A DNA stretch of 64,000 bases. It comes from Promethearchaeota archaeon (lineage in GTDB: Archaea; Asgardarchaeota; Lokiarchaeia; Sigyniarchaeales; SOKP01). Of this stretch, positions 57,433 through 64,000 are shown piece by piece (position 1 is the stretch's first letter; each line of letters begins with the position of its first letter). The stretch covers positions 64,001-128,000 of the forward strand of contig JAEOTA010000004.1 in the NCBI GenBank assembly GCA_016840085.1, read 5' to 3'. Made by a program: the position numbers and the translations under genes. The notes under the pieces are model-generated. The model was not told the DNA's origin. It worked only from the letters and a program-made list of their open reading frames with translations, and ran no database searches.

Positions 57433-58911
57433 ATGAAAGAAAAAGATAAAGATAAGAAAATACTAACGATGGCAGGTGGCGCCCCTATAGCAGATAATCA
57501 AAATACTATAACTGCCGGGGAAAGAGGACCAGTACTCATGCAAGATGTACATTTACTAGAAAAATTAGCCACTTTTGCTAGAGAGCGTATACCTGAACGA
57601 GTCGTTCATGCTAAAGGAGCAGGTGCATATGGTACTTTCACGGTAACTCATGATATTACAAAGTATACTAAAGCTAAGATTTTTTCAAAAATAGGAAAAA
57701 AAACAGAGCTTATTGTTCGTTTTTCAACTGTAGCTGGTGAAAGAGGTTCAGCTGACACAGTTAGAGATGTAAGAGGCTTTGCAATAAAGTTTTATACGGA
57801 AGAGGGTAATTGGGATTTAGTAGGCAATAATACTCCCGTGTTTTTTGTCAGAGATCCACTAAAATTTAGTGATTTTATCCACACTCAAAAGCGGATGCCT
57901 CAAACAAACCTTCGATCTCAAACAATGTGGTGGGATTTTTGGTCATTAGTTCCTGAATCGTTACATCAAGTAACTATACTTTTTTCTGATAGAGGTATAC
58001 CACGAGGGTTCCCCCATATGAATGGTTATGGAAGTCATACCTATAGTTTTATTAATGCAGATGACGAGCGTTTTTGGGTAAAATTCCATTTTAAAACAAT
58101 GCAAGGTATTAAAAACTTTATGCAAGAAGAAGCAGATAAAATTGCTGGTACTGATCCAGATTGGGCAACACGTGATCTTTTCGAGAGAATTGAAAAGGGT
58201 GATTTCCCAAAGTGGGAATTATCCGTACAAATCATGCCTGAACTAGAAGCTGAATCATATCGTTGGAATCCATTTGATTTAACTAAAGTGTGGCCTCATG
58301 GAGATTATCCATTAATTAAAGTTGGTGTAATGGAACTTAATCGAAATCCTACAAACTATTTTGCTGAAGTGGAGCAAGCTGCTTTTGATCCTTCCAATAG
58401 AGTTCCAGGAATCTCTTATTCACCTGATAAGATGCTGCAGGGTAGACTTTTTTCATATGCTGATGCACATCGATATCGACTTGGAGTTAATTATCAATCA
58501 TTGCCCGTGAATCGACCTAAAGTTGCAGAAGTTAATACATATCATCGTGATGGTTTTATGCGATTTGATGGTAATGCTGGAAACGCAGTTGTCTATGAAC
58601 CAAACAGTTTTGGGGGACCTAAAGAAAATCCTGCCTTTAAAGAACCTCCATTAAAGATTTCTGGAGATGCAGATGCATATGACCAACCTACAACTGATGA
58701 TGATTTTATTCAACCAGGAAATCTGTACAGATTGATGCCTCCTAACGAGCAAGATAGACTTATTAAAAATTTTGTTAATAGTTTAAAAACCGTACCTGAA
58801 TTCATTCAAGAACGAATGATAAAACACTTCTTTAAAGCAGATCAAACTTGGGGCGAAAGAGTTGCAAAAGAATTAGATTTAGAGATTTCTCCAGCAGTAG
58901 CTGCTAAATGA
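57433..58911 (+). CDS. katA: monofunctional heme catalase (small-subunit type)
   Basis: [36 protein letters not shown]. Confidence 0.95.
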   Translation: MKEKDKDKKILTMAGGAPIADNQNTITAGERGPVLMQDVHLLEKLATFARERIPERVVHAKGAGAYGTFTVTHDITKYTKAKIFSKIGKKTELIVRFSTVAGERGSADTVRDVRGFAIKFYTEEGNWDLVGNNTPVFFVRDPLKFSDFIHTQKRMPQTNLRSQTMWWDFWSLVPESLHQVTILFSDRGIPRGFPHMNGYGSHTYSFINADDERFWVKFHFKTMQGIKNFMQEEADKIAGTDPDWATRDLFERIEKGDFPKWELSVQIMPELEAESYRWNPFDLTKVWPHGDYPLIKVGVMELNRNPTNYFAEVEQAAFDPSNRVPGISYSPDKMLQGRLFSYADAHRYRLGVNYQSLPVNRPKVAEVNTYHRDGFMRFDGNAGNAVVYEPNSFGGPKENPAFKEPPLKISGDADAYDQPTTDDDFIQPGNLYRLMPPNEQDRLIKNFVNSLKTVPEFIQERMIKHFFKADQTWGERVAKELDLEISPAVAAK

Positions 58912-58983
58912 AGCAATTCAATTTTAAATATTTAATTTATTCTTTTTTTTATTATTTCTTCCAAAGTAATTTTCAAGTTAATG

Positions 58984-60024
58984 TCAATATCGCTTCATCT
59001 TTTTAGAATATTGTTGAAAAGGTGTTCTAGGTTCTAGACTAAACCAGTCTGTATTCTTATCTAAATGAGAGAATGTTCTCAATAAATCAAAGGTTAACCA
59101 TCGAGATGCTTGAGGATATAAAGAACATTCCCACATGCCATATTCACCTTGTTCTCCTTTGACAAAATCAACCAATTCTGAAATCCTTTCATCGTCTAAA
59201 GAAGCACCAATTTTCCAACAGAGACTTAAAATGTGAGCTGCATCCATTTTAGGATAATATGTTCTCCATCCTCTTGATTCCTCTAATCCTATAAGACGAG
59301 AAATTACGAAACCCAGTAAATTTTTTTGCTTCGTTTCACATCCTAAGATCAAATCAAGTGCTCTTTTAGCCGCACTACTTCTTCTTCTCTTTGGATGATA
59401 AGCCAAACAATTTAGCACCGCAATTGTAGATGATCTGCAGCCCCAACGAGAGTGTGCAATTCTACGATAACCGGCAACTCTTCCGTAAACACCTGAAGCA
59501 GTCCCTGTAGCCCATGCTCCATCATCAAGTCGTTGATCCATTAACCAATCATAAGCTTTTTCAGCTCGTTTATTGGTGGAATATCCACAAGCTGCTAATC
59601 CTTCTAATGGGGTTGCAACCTGCAAAGGTATCATATCATATCCATGAATTTCTTCAGATGGTCCTTGTTTAATAGTTGGAATTGGCCATGTATAATCTTC
59701 TTCTTGTTTCGAAAACATATAATCAGCAGCTTTTCTGACAAATTTATGATCTTTATCAAATCCAAGATACCCTAATCTCACTAATGCTTGAGAAGTTGCC
59801 TGAAGGTTTCCCGTATTTGATATTTTACCTGAAAGATCTACACTACTCCAAGAGCCATCATGTAGCTGAGTTTTAATGAGCGATTCGACAATTGGGTCTT
59901 TATCACGTAAGATGAGTAATTCTCGTACTTCTTCATCATCCTCCGAGCGGTTTAATAACTTCTTTAATACAAGTAATCTTAAGTTTGGTGAAGGATCAGT
60001 TAATAATAATGGTATCCAAGTCAT
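58984..60024 (-). CDS. prenyltransferase/squalene-cyclase-like alpha/alpha-barrel repeat protein
   Basis: QW-like repeats Q.HDGSW, QEEDYTW, QRLDDGAW, QGEYGMW; start overlaps the upstream stop (ATGA). Confidence 0.65.
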   Translation of the reverse strand: MTWIPLLLTDPSPNLRLLVLKKLLNRSEDDEEVRELLILRDKDPIVESLIKTQLHDGSWSSVDLSGKISNTGNLQATSQALVRLGYLGFDKDHKFVRKAADYMFSKQEEDYTWPIPTIKQGPSEEIHGYDMIPLQVATPLEGLAACGYSTNKRAEKAYDWLMDQRLDDGAWATGTASGVYGRVAGYRRIAHSRWGCRSSTIAVLNCLAYHPKRRRSSAAKRALDLILGCETKQKNLLGFVISRLIGLEESRGWRTYYPKMDAAHILSLCWKIGASLDDERISELVDFVKGEQGEYGMWECSLYPQASRWLTFDLLRTFSHLDKNTDWFSLEPRTPFQQYSKKMKRY

Positions 60025-63000
60025 GCAATCTCCTCCAAGACTTCTTTTATGTAAGGTGCTGTTGGCGTTTTCCCCGCTGCAATCATTTCAGGCGTGCCAG
60101 TTGCAATTAATCTTCCACCATCATCACCAGCACCTGGACCAAGTTCTATTAACCAATCACATGCTGCCAACAAGTGAGGGTGATGCTCAATAACTACTAC
60201 AGTATGGCTATTTTCAACTAATTTATGTAATACATTAATAAGAAGAGAAACATCTTCCATATGTTGTCCTACGGTTGGCTCATCCAAAATATACATCGAT
60301 TTCTTTATACTCTTTTTACTCAGTTCCTTAGCAACTTTGAGTCTCTGTACTTCTCCGCCAGATAATGTGTATGCAGGTTGGTTTAAAACTAAATATCCTA
60401 AACCGACATCCTTTACGAACTTCAATTTTCTTTCAATAGATTCTTCTTCCTTGAACAACTCATAAATCTCATCAATAGTCTTATCATTTAATTCAGGAAG
60501 TGATACACCTTTAACTTTGACTCTCCAAGCATCCATGGAGTAGCCGGTTCCGTTACACACTTCGCACACATCGTAGATGTTTGGTAAGAACCCCATATCC
60601 GTCTTTATTGTACCATCTCCTTTGCAGACAGTACATTTCTTATTAAGAACTTTTTCACTTAAACCTAATGATATTGCATCTTCACTTTCAGCAAATATCT
60701 TGAAGAAATTTTTTCTTAAACCAAGGTAATTCATTGGGCTTGTAACACTGGCTCTGGTTTGGTCAATGATTATGGTTTGAGATAATTCACCTTCGATTTT
60801 ATTATATTTTCCTGGTTTGATGGGCTCTCTTGCCATTGATGTAGTATGTTTTTTTGGAGATAGTACCCTTCCAATCGTATCTATCAATAGCGTAGATTTA
60901 CCCGAGCCTGATACACCGCATATTCCTACTAGAAAACCGTGGGGGATTTCTATTGTTTCTCCTTTCAGATTGTTTTCTTTCGCACCATATATTTTTAACC
61001 ATTTCTTAGGAATTCTCTCTTGCTTAATGAAATTAAATTTTTTTTTACCATTCAACCAATTTGCTGTTATTGTGGTTTTCTTTTTAAAATCTATCGGTGA
61101 GCCTGTCGCAACTATTTTACCACCCTCAATTCCAGCTTTTGGACCTAAATCAACAATGTAATCTGCTGATTTAATAAGAAACATATCATGTTCCACCATT
61201 AGGATAGTATTACCCACATCTCGTAATTCCTCAAGTGCTTCCAATAATGCTTCAAGTTCTGAAGGGTGTAATCCTCTCGAAGGTTCATCCAAAATAATTG
61301 TAAGAGAAGTAAGACCACTACCCAAAACTCCTGCTAATCTGACCCGCTGAGCTTCGCCTGCTGAAAGAGATGCTGCTATTCTATTCAAATGTACATATCC
61401 TAACCCTGTTTTGATTAAGAACTTTAAACGATCTAGGACAGTTTTATGACTATTTTGAATTATAGCGGAAATCTCATGATTTACAGAAATGTCTTCTATG
61501 ACTTTTAACAAATCTACAAAAGGAATTTCACTCAATTGATGCATATTATAACCATTTAAAATGAAAGCTAGAAATTCCGGTCGAAGTTTAGCACCTTTAC
61601 AACTGTCACATGTTTTTATATCAGTATATGTGCCACCAATGTCCCATTCACTTACCCATCCATGGTAAAATCCAATAAATTTCCCTATTCTGGTATATTT
61701 TTCTCCTTTACGGTTCTCATAATGTATTTCCAATGGCTCATCACATCCGTATAAAAATACATCTTGAGCTTCCTTAGATATTTTATTCCAAGGTGTATTA
61801 GCTGGATCAAAATTATAACGTCTTGCAAGTGCTTGAAGAACATAGTATCCCCCATTGAATGGTTTACATAAATATCCCTGTGGAAAAAATCCGGGGGAAT
61901 ACATTGCACCCTTACACAATGGTTTTTCCGGATGAATAATTAACTTATCTGGTTTTGGGACATTAATAGTTCCTATACCATGACACTTTCGACAGGCTGC
62001 TTGATATGATGAAGGATCAAAGTGAACAGGTTTTGGTATTGGTAACCTAATATTACATTTTTCACAAATCCACTCAGTCTTTTTTATCATTGAAGCACCA
62101 CATTCTGGACATATACACTTACCTAGATATGCCAATAAATTCGCAATATGATGGGTAATTTCTGTGGCCTTTCCAATTGTGTTTCTTATGTTGAAATTGC
62201 GTGAATGCATAGCTTTAGTTGATATAACATGAGAAGTAACACCAAGCCCAGATATTTCGTCTACCATTACTTCAGGACCTTCACGGATCCCCTGACGCTC
62301 ATACATGGATAAAGTTTCAAAGAAGCGACGTTTTGCTTCAGCTTCGATTATATCGCTTACTAAACTAGACTTTCCACTTCCAGAAACTCCTGTGACCACG
62401 TTAATTGAATTTTTCGGGAATTCGACATCAATTCCTTTTAAATTGTGAATGTGAGCATTTTTGATGGTGATTTTTTTTGATATTTTATTTTTTCCTTTTT
62501 TTGAGCTTGGTATTATTGATTCATCCAATTTCAAGGCTTTGGCTGTTTGTGAATCTTCACACTCCAATAATCCGTCAACTGGACCGGAATAAATTACGTG
62601 ACCTCCTTCATCACCTGCTCCAGGACCAAGATCAATAACCCAATCTGCTGTTTTGATAACATCCAAATTATGTTCCACAATAATAACCGTCGCCCTTGCT
62701 CTAACTAATCTATCCAAGATTTTTAATAAACCCTTCAAATCCTGAGGATGAAGTCCCGTGCTTGGTTCATCTAATATAATAATCTGGCTTTTTAGGGACG
62801 ATTTTCCTAAATATTTTGATAATTTGAGACGTTGAGCTTCTCCTCCAGATAGAGAGGGTGAAGGTTGCCCAAGAGATAAGTATCCTAAACCTATATCTTT
62901 AAGAGTTCTTATCATTTCTTTTAAATTTTCTAAATCATTTAATGACAAACGGTTTTCTTTTTCCATTAAGTCAGCTATTTCAGATATAGATAGATCATAG

Positions 63001-64000
63001 ATTTCAGCGATAGAATAAGATTTATCATCAAAATCAACTTTAGCGCCAATAATTTCTTCCTTAAATCTTGCTTGTTTGCAGTCTGGACAAGGAACCCAAG
63101 ATGATGGCAAGTGACGCATTTTTATTTCCAGAGCACCCATTCCCTTACAAGTTGGGCAAGCACCTTCAGGTCTATTAAATGAAAAATGCGACATACTTAG
63201 CCCCGTTTCTTTCGCATATAGTTTTCTTAAGATTTCCGATATTTTTGTATAGGTAGCAGGATTTGAACGGGGATTTTTTCCAATAGGACTTTGATCAACG
63301 ATTACTGATTTTAAAGAGGGTCCGATAATTTTCTTACAACCAATAGGTTTTTTCTTTTTTAGTGAGGCATGAAGAACTTCTTCGATCAAAGTGCTTTTTC
63401 CTGACCCTGAAACTCCCGTTATCACAGTTAATCGATTTAAAGGAATTTGAACATTTATCTTTTTTAAATTGTGCTTATTTGCTCCTTGGATTTTTAAGAA
63501 GAGATTAGTTTTTGATCTTAATTTAGGCGTGATAACTTTTTTTCTTAAACTAAAAAATTCTCCTGTAGGAGTATTGGATTCCCATAATTCTGAAGGTAAA
63601 CCTTTAAAAACAATTGATCCACCACTAGATCCCGCTCCAGGTCCTAAATCAATCGCATAATCCGCAGCTGCAGCTGCAATTCTATCATGTTCTACAAAAA
63701 TTACAGGTCCAGGTAATTTGTGAAAAATTGGTAAGAATTTAGTAACATTTGTAACATGTTGACCGATCGTTGGTTCATCGAGTACATGCAAAACATCTTC
63801 CAATTGGTTAATTAAAGTGAGTGCAATCCGTACTCTTTGTGATTCCCCTCGGGATAAAGTAGGAGATGATCGATCTAGCGTTAAATAATCGAGTCCTACT
63901 TCTTTTAACGCGGTTAATCGTTTTGTTATTTCAGAAAGCAAACGATTCGTAGAAGCTGATAATTTGATATTTTCGAAAAGCTTTAGAGCAGCTTTTACTG
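60021..64000 (-). CDS. double-length UvrA-like excinuclease ABC ATPase (5' end beyond the window)
   Basis: Four signature/Walker B sets (LSRGE, LSGGE, LSAGE, LSGGE), three visible GVSGSGKS Walker A motifs and several CxxC fingers; frame stays open from 63941 to 64000. Confidence 0.88.
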   Translation of the reverse strand, partial: VKAALKLFENIKLSASTNRLLSEITKRLTALKEVGLDYLTLDRSSPTLSRGESQRVRIALTLINQLEDVLHVLDEPTIGQHVTNVTKFLPIFHKLPGPVIFVEHDRIAAAAADYAIDLGPGAGSSGGSIVFKGLPSELWESNTPTGEFFSLRKKVITPKLRSKTNLFLKIQGANKHNLKKINVQIPLNRLTVITGVSGSGKSTLIEEVLHASLKKKKPIGCKKIIGPSLKSVIVDQSPIGKNPRSNPATYTKISEILRKLYAKETGLSMSHFSFNRPEGACPTCKGMGALEIKMRHLPSSWVPCPDCKQARFKEEIIGAKVDFDDKSYSIAEIYDLSISEIADLMEKENRLSLNDLENLKEMIRTLKDIGLGYLSLGQPSPSLSGGEAQRLKLSKYLGKSSLKSQIIILDEPSTGLHPQDLKGLLKILDRLVRARATVIIVEHNLDVIKTADWVIDLGPGAGDEGGHVIYSGPVDGLLECEDSQTAKALKLDESIIPSSKKGKNKISKKITIKNAHIHNLKGIDVEFPKNSINVVTGVSGSGKSSLVSDIIEAEAKRRFFETLSMYERQGIREGPEVMVDEISGLGVTSHVISTKAMHSRNFNIRNTIGKATEITHHIANLLAYLGKCICPECGASMIKKTEWICEKCNIRLPIPKPVHFDPSSYQAACRKCHGIGTINVPKPDKLIIHPEKPLCKGAMYSPGFFPQGYLCKPFNGGYYVLQALARRYNFDPANTPWNKISKEAQDVFLYGCDEPLEIHYENRKGEKYTRIGKFIGFYHGWVSEWDIGGTYTDIKTCDSCKGAKLRPEFLAFILNGYNMHQLSEIPFVDLLKVIEDISVNHEISAIIQNSHKTVLDRLKFLIKTGLGYVHLNRIAASLSAGEAQRVRLAGVLGSGLTSLTIILDEPSRGLHPSELEALLEALEELRDVGNTILMVEHDMFLIKSADYIVDLGPKAGIEGGKIVATGSPIDFKKKTTITANWLNGKKKFNFIKQERIPKKWLKIYGAKENNLKGETIEIPHGFLVGICGVSGSGKSTLLIDTIGRVLSPKKHTTSMAREPIKPGKYNKIEGELSQTIIIDQTRASVTSPMNYLGLRKNFFKIFAESEDAISLGLSEKVLNKKCTVCKGDGTIKTDMGFLPNIYDVCEVCNGTGYSMDAWRVKVKGVSLPELNDKTIDEIYELFKEEESIERKLKFVKDVGLGYLVLNQPAYTLSGGEVQRLKVAKELSKKSIKKSMYILDEPTVGQHMEDVSLLINVLHKLVENSHTVVVIEHHPHLLAACDWLIELGPGAGDDGGRLIATGTPEMIAAGKTPTAPYIKEVLEEIA

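Noticed and set aside
360-63660. Short antisense or overlapping ORFs in the track (e.g. 360..623, 1983..2443, 24294..24569, 31104..32488, 46658..47458, 59876..60193, 60817..61161)
   Set aside because: They are shadows of longer, motif-supported genes on the opposite strand or in another frame.

Overview
Very AT-rich archaeal chromosomal window, most likely from an Asgard archaeon (Lokiarchaeia-like). This is inferred from tRNAs with BHB-type introns, roadblock/longin/small-GTPase/SCP2 genes, a SAMP-like protein, TrmB regulators and archaeal ThyA. 1-7.4 kb: a Thermotoga-type myo-inositol catabolic cluster (iolG partial, MFS transporter, iolM, iolO, iolN). It is interrupted by a free-standing two-motif LAGLIDADG endonuclease gene that lies between the intact 3' end of iolM and a second, synonymously diverged orphan copy of the last 33 iolM codons, which looks like homing by 3'-end replacement. 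7.5-33 kb: mostly housekeeping genes and eukaryote-like signature genes, tRNA-Arg(TCG) with a D-loop intron, tRNA-Asp(GTC) with a T-loop (59/60) intron, and an unassigned ~230-nt highly structured intergenic element at 14.68-14.90 kb. 33.4-39.3 kb: a four-gene operon encoding a degenerate AAA+ protein, an Smc5/6-coalescin-like SMC ATPase, a kleisin-like protein and a kite-like winged-helix protein. 39.6-64 kb: an accessory stress/detoxification region (frameshifted MFS, ArsR-Acr3, DtxR, TrmB-like x2, CDF, TetR-SDR, AbrB-like genes with a palindromic operator array inside a 26-bp direct-repeat-bracketed block, methyltransferases, a VOC pseudogene, Fur/PerR-catalase, and a double-length UvrA-like gene running off the right edge). 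No CRISPR array, rRNA or intact transposase was seen. All assignments come from motif recognition by eye; no database search was run.
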